Shown: positions 27,588 through 37,048, numbered from the stretch's first letter. The stretch is DNA of 46,224 nucleotides from Candidatus Saccharimonadota bacterium (GCA_026395435.1 JAPLYT010000002.1:1-46224), one strand, 5' to 3'. Numbers and translations are program-made. The notes: generated from the sequence alone by a model not told the origin.

Positions 27588-28976
27588 TTAGCTTCTACCA
27601 GTCGCCATGGCAAAAAACAATATCAGGACTGATACCGTCATAACCACAAAGGCACTGTTTATAAACACGTTACTGATTCGACTATTTTTATGAGCACCCA
27701 TTATTTGCGTATTGTTTCCGACGCGGGCGATCAAAAACAGTAATGGGATAGATGCAATGCCATTAAAAACGGCGGTAAAAACAAGCGCTTTGATTGGGTT
27801 GATACCGAGGAAATTAATCGATAATCCAATGATAGTAGCCACCGCGATAACTCCATAGAAAGCCCGAGCTTTTTTGAATCGATAATGTAATCCTTCTTTC
27901 CAGCCAGCTGCTTCGCTTATGGCGTACGATGACGAACCAGTCAGGACTGGAATTGCTAATAGACCAATACCAACAATACCAACTGAAAAAATCAATTTAG
28001 CGATAAGACCGGCATGAGGAAATCCTTTGACCAATGGCTGCAGTGCTTGCGCTGCGTCTGCCGCTGTATTGATAGTGGTGGTTCCATTTTTGAATAATAC
28101 TGAGGCACAAACAATGACGATAAACCAAGCAGTAACGGTCGTCAGGGTCATACCCACAAGGTTATCAATCTGCAAGCTTCGCATGAAATGTTTCGTGATA
28201 GTCGGCGGTCTTCCCGTTTGGTCGAGTCGTCGGCTGGCTATTTCTTCTTCTACGACTTCTGATGTATCCCAAAAGAAAAGGTAAGGCGAAATAGTGGTGC
28301 CGAGCATACCCACAAAGATATAGATGATGTCGAATCCAATATGTTTTGGAAGCGAAAAGGTGGTCAGAAAAATATGGCCCCATGGTTGGCCGATCAAAAA
28401 GGCGGTGATGGGGTATGCAAACAGCGAGATAGCCAGCCACTTGAGTATTTTGGCATATGACTTATATTGCACGAACATTTCTAGTAACAGCACGGTGGCA
28501 GCAAATAATATCGCCCAGATAGCAGGCGAGGCGGGCACAATCAAATTCATGGCTGCTGCCATTGCTCCCAAATCGGAACCGATGTTGATGGTATTGGCGA
28601 CCACAACCAGCGACACTGCAATGTACAATAGCTTCCGATTGTAATTTTCTTTGATGACGGCTGCCAGACCCTTTCCTGTCACAGCACCAATGCGGGCACA
28701 GCTCTCTTGGACAGCCACGAGAAGGGGAAACATGAGAGGGAATGCCCACAGCAAGCTGAAGCCAAACCCAGCACCGGCTTGAGAATATGTTGCGATGCCT
28801 GACGGGTCGTCATCGGCTGCTCCAGTGATCAGGCCAGGGCCCAAGATTCGGAGAAACCTGTTGAACCGTTTGCGGTTGGTGATAAATTTGCCGAATGCTT
28901 TGGCAGCGCGTTCGGAGTCAATGACTTCGTTCTCGATCTTTTGAATGTTGGAAGGCTTGATATTGTGTCGTTTCAT
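27588..28976 (-). CDS. Nramp-family divalent metal transporter
   Basis: GPGLITGAADDDPSGIATYSQAGA, GTTISPYLFFW; many TM segments. Confidence 0.9.
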   Translation of the reverse strand: MKRHNIKPSNIQKIENEVIDSERAAKAFGKFITNRKRFNRFLRILGPGLITGAADDDPSGIATYSQAGAGFGFSLLWAFPLMFPLLVAVQESCARIGAVTGKGLAAVIKENYNRKLLYIAVSLVVVANTINIGSDLGAMAAAMNLIVPASPAIWAILFAATVLLLEMFVQYKSYAKILKWLAISLFAYPITAFLIGQPWGHIFLTTFSLPKHIGFDIIYIFVGMLGTTISPYLFFWDTSEVVEEEIASRRLDQTGRPPTITKHFMRSLQIDNLVGMTLTTVTAWFIVIVCASVLFKNGTTTINTAADAAQALQPLVKGFPHAGLIAKLIFSVGIVGIGLLAIPVLTGSSSYAISEAAGWKEGLHYRFKKARAFYGVIAVATIIGLSINFLGINPIKALVFTAVFNGIASIPLLFLIARVGNNTQIMGAHKNSRISNVFINSAFVVMTVSVLILFFAMATGRS

Positions 28977-29051
28977 AGTAATGCAAGTGCTTACCATTAG
29001 TGTAGTTGCTGACGATGTGATTGGCAACCAGGCTATCTATTAATGAATCGG

Positions 29052-29241
29052 AAAAGACCTCAGAAGAGGTGGGTGAAAGGAACTGCCTTTAGCACATCAG
29101 CTACTGTCCTCGGAATTAATTCCTGTGGGCAGTATTGATGAGCACACCTTCGACATACGCCAGCAAGCTGACGTGTCTCAGAGCTAAGTCCTTAATACCA
29201 CGGGCAAATAAAAAAGACCTCAGAAGAGGTCTGTTTTATTT
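29052..29241 (-). repeat. tRNA-Pro-tailored downstream element, displaced from its tRNA by the island
   Basis: Terminator 29206-29241; antisense-like 29187-29199; ACCTTCGAC (29146-29154 = 33787-33795); core CTCGGAATTAATTCCTGTG 29109-29127; GGGTGAAAGGA (29071-29081 = 33771-33781). Confidence 0.72.
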
Positions 29242-29438
29242 GGTCGAACCTCTCCGAACGTACTTGAACTGTTCTATTCTATCATCAAAGTTGGTGACCA
29301 ATATGAACGTGCTTGCGTAGAACTAGAGGAATGTTTGAGCTTTACGGTAGAAAACCCCTGTTATGTAACCTTATAACGTGGTATACTTTAAGTAACATTA
29401 GCTAACAATAAGCCAAACTAAGTGAGGGGAAATAACAG

Positions 29439-29657
29439 ATGGATGACGAGAACCACGCCGACACCGCAAATACACTAGATAACGTTGCTAGTACGCAACC
29501 TGTGGTGAGCGATGCACCTGCACCTGCCGTCAATCCATCAACCGCTACTGACAGTAGTGGAAACAATATAATCTTGAACGAAGGCGGTCACAACACTGCT
29601 GATATATCTTCTACACAAGCCTCCTCGAACCAAGGACCAGACGTAATACAAAAATGA
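29439..29657 (+). CDS. Small low-complexity hypothetical protein
   Basis: 72-aa ORF with GAGGGA RBS; ATGA overlap with the next gene. Confidence 0.5.
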   Translation: MDDENHADTANTLDNVASTQPVVSDAPAPAVNPSTATDSSGNNIILNEGGHNTADISSTQASSNQGPDVIQK

Positions 29658-30061
29658 GTACCGTAGACACCCAAGAACAGTTTATAGAGATGCGAGCGAA
29701 CAACGAAAGTTACGCCAGCATTGCTACCAAATTAGGTGTCAGCAAAACCACCCTTATCAAGTGGGCTAAAGATTACGAATACGAAATACATAACCAACGG
29801 TCACTCAATATGGATGCCTTGCAAGAGCAGTACAAGGTCGGTAAGCAACATCGTATACAAATGCTGGGCGAAAGGTTGCAAAAGCTACAAACAGAGGCAG
29901 AAAACCGTGATTTATCAGAAGTACCGACCTACAAGCTATTTGAACTTATTGACCGTACTGTACAGGCACTAGAGCGTGAGGAAACACCGTTTGTATACAC
30001 CGAGGTAGAAGACGGTATGCGGTTACAACCTCTCAATACAATAACTAAGTTAAGTGTCTAG
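29654..30061 (+). CDS. HTH-containing hypothetical protein
   Basis: SYASIATKLGVSKTTLIKW HTH followed by a helical region. Confidence 0.7.
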   Translation: MSTVDTQEQFIEMRANNESYASIATKLGVSKTTLIKWAKDYEYEIHNQRSLNMDALQEQYKVGKQHRIQMLGERLQKLQTEAENRDLSEVPTYKLFELIDRTVQALEREETPFVYTEVEDGMRLQPLNTITKLSV

Positions 30062-30095
30062 GATGGTCCAAAAGTTGACCAAAACTGTACCAATT

Positions 30096-30278
30096 ATGAA
30101 AACAGACGATTTACCAGACTACCTAACGTTAAAACAAGCCTGCGTGCTATTACAAGTCCACCCTAACACCCTACGCAACTGGGATAAAAAAGGCATTTTG
30201 AAGGCTAATCGCATCGGTGAACGTGGTGTTAGGCGATACAAGAAAACAGATTTAATAAATTATATGGAGGCAAAATGA
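30096..30278 (+). CDS. Excisionase-like / MerR-type HTH protein
   Basis: YLTLKQACVLLQVHPNTLRNWDKKGIL...RRY. Confidence 0.82.
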   Translation: MKTDDLPDYLTLKQACVLLQVHPNTLRNWDKKGILKANRIGERGVRRYKKTDLINYMEAK

Positions 30279-30940
30279 TTGTTATAACAGGTGCAAGTGA
30301 CGGACTAGGTTTACAGTTGGCAAAGCTTTATAAGGAAGCAGGTAAAACTGTGGTGAACGTGTCACGGCGTAAAAGTGAATATGCAGACCATAATATACTC
30401 TTTAGCTTACGTGAAGGACCAGAAATTGAAAAAGCAGCAAAAGCAATTCTTGCCATTGATGAGCCTATTGAGGCACTTGTAAATTGTGCAGGTGTTTTAT
30501 CTATACAGCCACTAGGCAAAATTACCGAGGATGAAATAAAGCGTGTTATGTCTACTAACGTAAAGTCGGCAATTCTGCTAGTTTCAAATCTTGCTGAAAG
30601 AATAAAAAAAGACGGAACTGACATTGTAAATGTGGCTTCAACAGTTGGACTTAAAGGGTACGTTGACCAAGCAGTTTACGGTGCTTCTAAATGGGCTATT
30701 AGAGGTTTTAGTGCGAACTTGCAAGCTGAACTAAAAGACACGCCTTGCAGGGTTATTAGTTTTTGTACAGGTGGCTTTAAGTCAAAGTTATTCGCTAAAG
30801 CAACTGGAGATGACAACACTACTAACGAAGGTGAATGGATGCGACCAGAGGATGTAGCTTTATTTATGAAACAGATACTAGACTTACCGAAAAATATGGA
30901 AGTATCAGAAGTTATTATCAATAGAAAACAAGCGAAATAG
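30275..30940 (+). CDS. SDR family oxidoreductase
   Basis: TGASDGLG, VNCAG, NVAS, YGASK. Confidence 0.92.
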   Translation: MIVITGASDGLGLQLAKLYKEAGKTVVNVSRRKSEYADHNILFSLREGPEIEKAAKAILAIDEPIEALVNCAGVLSIQPLGKITEDEIKRVMSTNVKSAILLVSNLAERIKKDGTDIVNVASTVGLKGYVDQAVYGASKWAIRGFSANLQAELKDTPCRVISFCTGGFKSKLFAKATGDDNTTNEGEWMRPEDVALFMKQILDLPKNMEVSEVIINRKQAK

Positions 30941-30943
30941 GTT

Positions 30944-32062
30944 ATGGGCGAACAAATGATAAACCTTGATATGGAAAAAATAAACGCTGGTATAGCCGAT
31001 AGGTCCGATGTTTTTTATTGGCAAACAGACCGTGCCGTGGAACCAGAACAGGCAGGTCATATATGGGCTGATAGACACCGTTATTTCACTGATACAGAGC
31101 TTGTAGAGCGTGTAAACGGTGTTATTGGTGATGATAAACTTGGTTCGATATAGCCACTAGACCTAGACGCTCAAACCAATTTAGGGAACGTCAATTCTGT
31201 ACGTGTTGGTACGCTCGTTTCTGGCAAAGAAGTTATCATCCGAAGTCACCCTAAAGGTGTAAAAAATGGTTATTTCCACGCAGAAGCCGAAGCATCACAC
31301 CGTGCCAAAGCATCAGGTTTACCAAGTTACGAAACATTAGCTGTTCACGACTATGAACGTGGTGACGATTTTGCCTTTCAGGTAATTGAAAAACTGTCAG
31401 GTACAGCTATTAAAAAATGGCTGGAAAATCACCCAGATGACGAAGCAAAGCTTTTACCACAGGTTGGTAAGATGATGGCTCGATTACATAATGTTAAAGT
31501 TGATGGATTTGGACCATTTGATAATCAAAAAGCTAAAAATGGTGAGCTTGTTGGGGTACACACAACGCTAGGTAAAGCCGTAAGGGCTGGACTACTGTTT
31601 AATCTTGATGTACTTGTTGAGCAAGGTATTTTGACAGCTACACAGCAAGAAGCCGTAGCAGGGTTGTTCGCCGATAGTAACCCCCTACTAACAATAAGTC
31701 AGGCTGTGCTTGTACATAATGATTTTGCAGACTGGAACTTATTAACGGACGGCGAGGATGTTACTGGCGTATTAGATTGGGACGAGTGTGTAGCAAGTGA
31801 CCCTGTTGCAGACATAGCTTGTTGGAGTACATTCTTTGAACCAGAACGCTTAAAGCCATTTCTTGATGGCTATTGGCAGGTTGCCGATAAACCTGATGAT
31901 TTTGAAGATAAGTTTGAGTTACTACGACTAAGATATGTTGTTTCAAAAATGACACTTCGGACAAGACGCTATACTTGGGACCCAAGTGACTTTATGAAGG
32001 AAAAAATCGTAACTGGTAAAACACACTTGGCTCAATCTATGAGCTACTTTGATATTAAGTAG
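30944..32062 (+). pseudogene. Aminoglycoside/choline phosphotransferase-family kinase interrupted by one in-frame TAG (31151-31153)
   Basis: ORFs 30944-31153 and 31472-32062 share a frame and the intervening sequence is open; HNDFADWN and LDWD kinase motifs. Confidence 0.82.
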
Positions 32063-32070
32063 GCACGGCT

Positions 32071-33924
32071 ATGGACGAAGAAAACATCAAAAAAGGTCCA
32101 CTTGACGAACTGCTATCAATTTTTCAGGCAAACAAAGATTTACAAGAAGAAGTAATCAAGCCAGAGAACCTGCGGTACATACTGTATGCTCGCAAATCTA
32201 CTGTTGATGAGGGTCGGCAAGAAAAGTCCATCCCTGACCAAATAAATGACTGTTTTGACCGTGTTATAAAGCCCCTGCATATCACCTTGCCTGATAGCGA
32301 CATTATCGAAGAAAAAGGGTCAGCAAAAGAACCTGATATACGACCCCAATTTCGTGAGATGTTGAACAGCATTGTTGCTGGTCGCTATGACGGTATCATC
32401 TGTTGGCATCCTGACCGACTTGCAAGGAATATGAAGGAAGCTGGCGAGATTATCGACCTACTGGACAAGGGTATTATCAAGGACCTGCGATTTGCTACTT
32501 CTGCCTTCGAAAACAGCCCCACAGGTAAGATGTTGCTGGGTATTAGCTTTGTTCTATCAAAACAATACTCCGAACACCTTAGCGAAAGCGTCACTAGAGG
32601 TAATAAACGCCGTACTGAAAATGGATGGTGTTTGAAGAAGCAACAGCACGGCTACTACATATCTGACGGCAAGCTGTTCCCTGATGGCGAAAACTACAAT
32701 ATCATCCGTCACGCCTTCGATATGAGGTTACAGGGCAAGACACAAGCCCAAGTCGAGCGGTATTTGAACAAACGTAGTGACTATAAGGTATTTCGCAAAA
32801 TCAACATCAAAGACAAGCACGGTAAGGTGCTAAAGCGTACCTCGGAGCGAGTAGCCTATAAATGGGATAAAGATGCTGTGTCGGAAATGCTCAAAGACAC
32901 TACCTATGTTGGTATTTTGCAGTATGGTCGTGCCTACTGTGTACTGGGTGATTTTTATGACTTTACTCCTATGGCCACCGAAGAAGAGTATTTGACCTTA
33001 TACCCTCGTCAGGACCTTGAAAAGCTAAGATTTAAGGCATCGCAAGCTCGCAAGCAAAGCATATCGGCAAAACTGCTGAATGGTCGCATTGTGTGCGGTG
33101 ACTGTGGGCAAACGCTATCTGCTGGCATCACTACCAAGAAAAAAGGTACAGAGCAACGTTTTCGCTACCGTTGCGAAACCAAGAACTGCCCTATGTATGA
33201 CAAAGGTCCAAGAGCCAAGGTTATTACTGACTTTTGTATAGATTTTCTTGATAAATACCGTTTTACTACCCAGACTAACTACGCTAATTACAAAATCGAA
33301 ATGAGTAGCTACCAAACAAGCCAACGTAAGGAGCTTACAAAGCTCATAGCATCGCTTGCCAAGCAATTATCTGATAAGGAGCGTGAGTACAACAATTCTA
33401 TGCGTATCGCTGCCGACCCTAATCATAGGCTGGCACAACGGTATGCTGACCACGTTGAGTTGTTGGATAAAGAATTAAAGTCACTGCGTAAGGATTATAA
33501 AGAAGCTAAGGACACCAAAGACAAGCTAAATACGGCTATTTTGTCATATGAAAGGTATCTCGAACTTTTCGATAATACAGCTACTTTACTTCGTTCAGAG
33601 CCGAGTTTGGAGTTGCTAGACAATGTACTGTCAAAGTTCTTCTCGAACCTTGTTTTGAAGGGTGCATTGATGCCACCAAAAAACGCTATTACCAGATGGG
33701 AAGTAACCGACTTCAAACTAAGAGAACCCTATGCAGGGTTCTTCAAAGATAGTAATTTCGAACTTGGTCGGGGTGAAAGGACTCAAACCTTCGACCTCTC
33801 GGTCCCAAACCGAGCGCGCTATCAACTGCGCCACACCCCGTCGTCAGAATCGACGGTAGCCTTTCACAAAATTGATGATTCAATTTTGTTCCACGCTCTA
33901 GTCGCTTCTTCCTCTCAGTTCTAA
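32071..33924 (+). CDS. Large serine recombinase (integrase)
   Basis: LYARKST catalytic motif, DRLARN, recombinase domain, Zn ribbon CGDC...C...C, coiled coil; the 3' end runs antisense through tRNA-Pro. Confidence 0.93.
   Translation: MDEENIKKGPLDELLSIFQANKDLQEEVIKPENLRYILYARKSTVDEGRQEKSIPDQINDCFDRVIKPLHITLPDSDIIEEKGSAKEPDIRPQFREMLNSIVAGRYDGIICWHPDRLARNMKEAGEIIDLLDKGIIKDLRFATSAFENSPTGKMLLGISFVLSKQYSEHLSESVTRGNKRRTENGWCLKKQQHGYYISDGKLFPDGENYNIIRHAFDMRLQGKTQAQVERYLNKRSDYKVFRKINIKDKHGKVLKRTSERVAYKWDKDAVSEMLKDTTYVGILQYGRAYCVLGDFYDFTPMATEEEYLTLYPRQDLEKLRFKASQARKQSISAKLLNGRIVCGDCGQTLSAGITTKKKGTEQRFRYRCETKNCPMYDKGPRAKVITDFCIDFLDKYRFTTQTNYANYKIEMSSYQTSQRKELTKLIASLAKQLSDKEREYNNSMRIAADPNHRLAQRYADHVELLDKELKSLRKDYKEAKDTKDKLNTAILSYERYLELFDNTATLLRSEPSLELLDNVLSKFFSNLVLKGALMPPKNAITRWEVTDFKLREPYAGFFKDSNFELGRGERTQTFDLSVPNRARYQLRHTPSSESTVAFHKIDDSILFHALVASSSQF
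33765..33840 (-). tRNA. tRNA-Pro(TGG)
   Basis: Reverse complement CGGGGTGTGGCGCAGTTGATAGCGCGCTCGGTTTGGGACCGAGAGGTCGAAGGTTTGAGTCCTTTCACCCCGACCA. Confidence 0.92.
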
Positions 33925-33970
33925 AGTGCAGGAGAGTCGAATGAATCGACTCCTTGGCACTTTAGAACTG
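33916..33970. repeat. Long hairpin
   Basis: CAGTTCTAAAGTGC...GAGTCGA-atgaa-TCGACTC...GCACTTTAGAACTG. Confidence 0.6.
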
Positions 33971-34060
33971 GTTAAGACAAGCGATCATACGTCATCTTCA
34001 CTTTTTGGGTGAACGATGAACTTGCCTATTATACCTTTTTTACTTCGGTACGTATAGTAT

Positions 34061-34726
34061 TTATTTTTCGGGGATATGTACATCGGGTTCATGGCTAATG
34101 GTGCCAAGATATCCGAGCAACTCGCTAAGCCGCTTGAGCCGTTCAATGTGATTCAGCCTTGATACCATTATCTCCTCGGGCTGAAGCTTGCCTTTGCCAA
34201 GATATCCTCGTTTTAATTTTTGGTCGGCCCATCCTCCAAATAAACCAATTGGGGTATGGTGCACGTAGTAACGCCCAGATCGACTGTTCAGAGTATTATC
34301 TGGCCCAACCCAAAGGAAAGGTCCAACTTCATCAGGTAAGTAAAAGCTCTTCGCAACATCGTAATCGATCGAAGTCGTCCTACAAGAAGTAAAACCTGTA
34401 TCGAGTCTGAAAATATAATCATCAATAACGCGGTGTTCGGTAGTACTATCCAGCGATGTAGAAACAATATTGGCCGTAACCCAAAGTGCCTTATTATGAT
34501 TTCGACTAGGGCGGACAAATACCGATGTAGGCAAGGCGTCGGTTGTGTAGGTTTCATGAAAGGAGGACATATCACCAGTTTGATCGAATAGGTTTTCAAA
34601 CGACTCGCACGTAGCATCATGGTGTGCTACAAATTCATCTTCTAGCATATCGTATAAATATCCCATTTCAGCTTGCTGCTGGGATTCATCGAAGGGGACC
34701 CCACCCAGTGATTCAAAATTACTCAT
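34061..34726 (-). CDS. Hypothetical protein
   Basis: ~220-aa ORF; TATACT-N7-ATG at 34726. Confidence 0.6.
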   Translation of the reverse strand: MSNFESLGGVPFDESQQQAEMGYLYDMLEDEFVAHHDATCESFENLFDQTGDMSSFHETYTTDALPTSVFVRPSRNHNKALWVTANIVSTSLDSTTEHRVIDDYIFRLDTGFTSCRTTSIDYDVAKSFYLPDEVGPFLWVGPDNTLNSRSGRYYVHHTPIGLFGGWADQKLKRGYLGKGKLQPEEIMVSRLNHIERLKRLSELLGYLGTISHEPDVHIPEK

Positions 34727-34775
34727 GAAGTGAAGTATATATGCTTTGAGCACTAAAAAATACTATAAAATATAT

Positions 34776-34979
34776 TTAATTATTTGTGGGTGGGTCCAAA
34801 GGGTTATCTTTGGTCACTTGAGAGCCAATCCCCATGATAGCTCCGAGAAGAAAGATGATAAAGCCGATAATAGCTTTTGCGAAAATAGCTACGATAATCG
34901 CTACAAGTATGAGCACAACTGCAGTCATAAGCAGTTGTTTACTGAGACTTGGCTTTGGGGGAATATCGAACTCAGCCAT
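34776..34979 (-). CDS. Small two-TM membrane protein
   Basis: MAEFDIPPKP followed by two hydrophobic helices; starts right after the upstream stop. Confidence 0.6.
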   Translation of the reverse strand: MAEFDIPPKPSLSKQLLMTAVVLILVAIIVAIFAKAIIGFIIFLLGAIMGIGSQVTKDNPLDPPTNN

Positions 34980-34980
34980 A

Positions 34981-35286
34981 TTAATATTCCAGAGGAATTC
35001 CTGTTTTGGTTGATACGCGTTCAGCCCAAGCAAGTAGTCGCTGGTGTTGTGAATCGCGCGAAGTATTTTCTATTTCCATATCATCAAGCCGTTTCACAAA
35101 AGCGTCGATAGTATTCGTAAGCCTGTTTATATTAGCTTCCATTCGATCGTTACTTTTTTCTAACGATGCAAAACGGGTATCAACCTGAAATGCAAACTGA
35201 GCTATAACATCTGAAAGATCATCGACAGCTTTTTGGACGATTATCTCAACGTCTTTCTTGGTGGCAAAATTTGTTGAACTACTCAT
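34981..35286 (-). CDS. Small coiled-coil hypothetical protein
   Basis: FATKKDV...heptad region...KTGIPLEY; TAGAAT-N6-ATG. Confidence 0.72.
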   Translation of the reverse strand: MSSSTNFATKKDVEIIVQKAVDDLSDVIAQFAFQVDTRFASLEKSNDRMEANINRLTNTIDAFVKRLDDMEIENTSRDSQHQRLLAWAERVSTKTGIPLEY

Positions 35287-35413
35287 GCATCTATTCTACA
35301 CCGACCCAAAATTCGATGCTAGTAATGATTGCTGGTAAATTATCCTGCTTGAGAGAATTTGGGGGTACGTTTGAGGAGCGGAAGACATGATGTATATTCC
35401 CCAAAGTGAGGGT

Positions 35414-35541
35414 GCAAATAGTCTGACTTGGATGATCAGTGCATTTTCTAGCTGAATCGCGCAGCAAGCCGTACATATATGTACGGTGACGCGAGCAATG
35501 GAAGCTAAAAATGTGATGAGCGCCAAGTTCAGGCTATTTGG
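35414..35541. repeat. Long palindromic REP-like element overlapping the rny stop
   Basis: Nested IRs: CAAATAGTCTGACTTGG/CCAAGTTCAGGCTATTTG, CATTTTCTAGCT/AGCTAAAAATG, CCGTACATA/TATGTACGG. Confidence 0.65.
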
Positions 35542-37048
35542 CGAATTCTATGGCGCGGGTTTCACGGATGACGTTAACCTTAATTGTTCCAGGATACTGC
35601 ATCGTACTTTCGATCTTGTTGGCGATATCACGAGCAAGCCGGATAGCTGAAAGATCATCGACGTTTTGTGGTCGTACAAAAACACGTACTTCGCGACCTG
35701 CACTGATGGCATATGATTTGTCGATACCGTCAAAGCCGTTGGCAATGTTCTCGAGCTCTTTCATTCGCTCGCCAAAGTTTTCAGCGCTAATGTTACGAGC
35801 ACCAGGGCGAGATGCACTGATGGCGTCCACTACACGGACGATAATCGCTTCAACACTCGTTGCCTCGACATCATCGTGATGTTGCTCGGCAGCAAGTGCG
35901 ACGGCCTCTGGAGCGCCGTATTTACGGAGGACTTCACCACTGATGTGGTGATGTTTTCCTTCCAACTTATGAGTGAGAGCCTTTCCAAGATCATGAACAA
36001 GGGCAGAGTACTTCGCGATGCGAACATCGGCACCAACTTCTTCAGCGATGACACCGGCGATGTGAGCCATTTCTGTAGAATGCTTGAGGACATTCTGGCC
36101 GTAGCTGGTTCGATACTTCAGTTCACCGAGCAGTTGCAAGATATCCTTTGGAATACCGATCACGCCAACTTCACGAGCCGCGTCCTCTCCAGCACGGACG
36201 ACATCTTTTTGAACCAACTTTTGAGCTTTTTCGACGATCTCTTCAATACGTCCCGGGTGCACACGACCATCTTTGAGAAGCATTTCAAGAGCAACTCGGG
36301 CTACTTCACGGCGGATTGGGTCGAATGAGCTGAGGATGATCATACCTGGGGTATCATCAACCATAATGTCTACGCCCGTAGCACGTTGTAGTGACTGAAT
36401 GTTTCGGCCTTCTTTGCCGATGATACGGCCCTTCATTTCTTCATCTTCAAGCTTAACAGCAGTGACTGTTCTCTCGGCGGTAACTTCACTGGCCATTCGC
36501 TCCATCGCACTGGTGATGATGACGGCGGCTTTTTCTTCGGCGCTATCTTTGGCTTCGTTTTGAAGTTTTGCGACCAAACCGGTGAGGTCGTTTTTGATAT
36601 CGCGTTCGGTCATTTTGATAAGCTTTTCAGCAGCTTCTTCTTTGGTCAGTTTGGCAACTTTCTCAAGCTTTTCTTGCTGACGGCGCCGAATATCTCGAAT
36701 CTCATTCTTTAGTTCTTCGACTTCGTCTTCGCCCTTACGTAGGTTCTCGTTTCGTTTGTCGAGTTGATCAAGTTTTTTGTCGAGTGATTCTTGGCGTTCT
36801 AGGAGTCGTTGCTCAATCTCTTTGACTTCACGACGGCGGGTTTGCTCATCCCGACGAGCAGTTTCAGCCATCTTTGCTGCTTCTTCTCTGGCAGCACTTA
36901 TTTGGCGTTCCGCTTCTTTTTTAGCTTTCTTGAGCTCTTTGTCAGCCGCGTCCTGAGAACTTCCGAGCCTCTTTTTAGTAATAGTAGTACTAGCACCAAA
37001 GCCAATAGCAACGCCAGCCACTGCAAGTCCAATGGTAAGTGGGTCCAT
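35534..37048 (-). CDS. rny: Ribonuclease Y
   Basis: N-terminal TM, coiled coil, KH (KGRIIGKEGRNI), HD domain (RTSYGQNVLKHS, HDLGK), SASRPGAR. Confidence 0.97.
   Translation of the reverse strand: MDPLTIGLAVAGVAIGFGASTTITKKRLGSSQDAADKELKKAKKEAERQISAAREEAAKMAETARRDEQTRRREVKEIEQRLLERQESLDKKLDQLDKRNENLRKGEDEVEELKNEIRDIRRRQQEKLEKVAKLTKEEAAEKLIKMTERDIKNDLTGLVAKLQNEAKDSAEEKAAVIITSAMERMASEVTAERTVTAVKLEDEEMKGRIIGKEGRNIQSLQRATGVDIMVDDTPGMIILSSFDPIRREVARVALEMLLKDGRVHPGRIEEIVEKAQKLVQKDVVRAGEDAAREVGVIGIPKDILQLLGELKYRTSYGQNVLKHSTEMAHIAGVIAEEVGADVRIAKYSALVHDLGKALTHKLEGKHHHISGEVLRKYGAPEAVALAAEQHHDDVEATSVEAIIVRVVDAISASRPGARNISAENFGERMKELENIANGFDGIDKSYAISAGREVRVFVRPQNVDDLSAIRLARDIANKIESTMQYPGTIKVNVIRETRAIEFAK

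Larger units (their letters stand above)
29240..33770. mobile_element. Serine-recombinase genomic island integrated at the tRNA-Pro 3' end
   Basis: TTGGTCG at 29240-29246 and 33764-33770; the tRNA terminator and downstream element are stranded at the left end; the recombinase abuts the tRNA. Confidence 0.82.

Noticed and set aside
31151..31153. TAG recoding (alternative genetic code) in the island
   Set aside because: Neighbouring island genes end properly in TAG (30938-30940, 32060-32062); only one internal TAG is seen.
29247..33770. Prophage
   Set aside because: No structural, terminase, lysis or replication genes recognisable; only ~4.5 kb.
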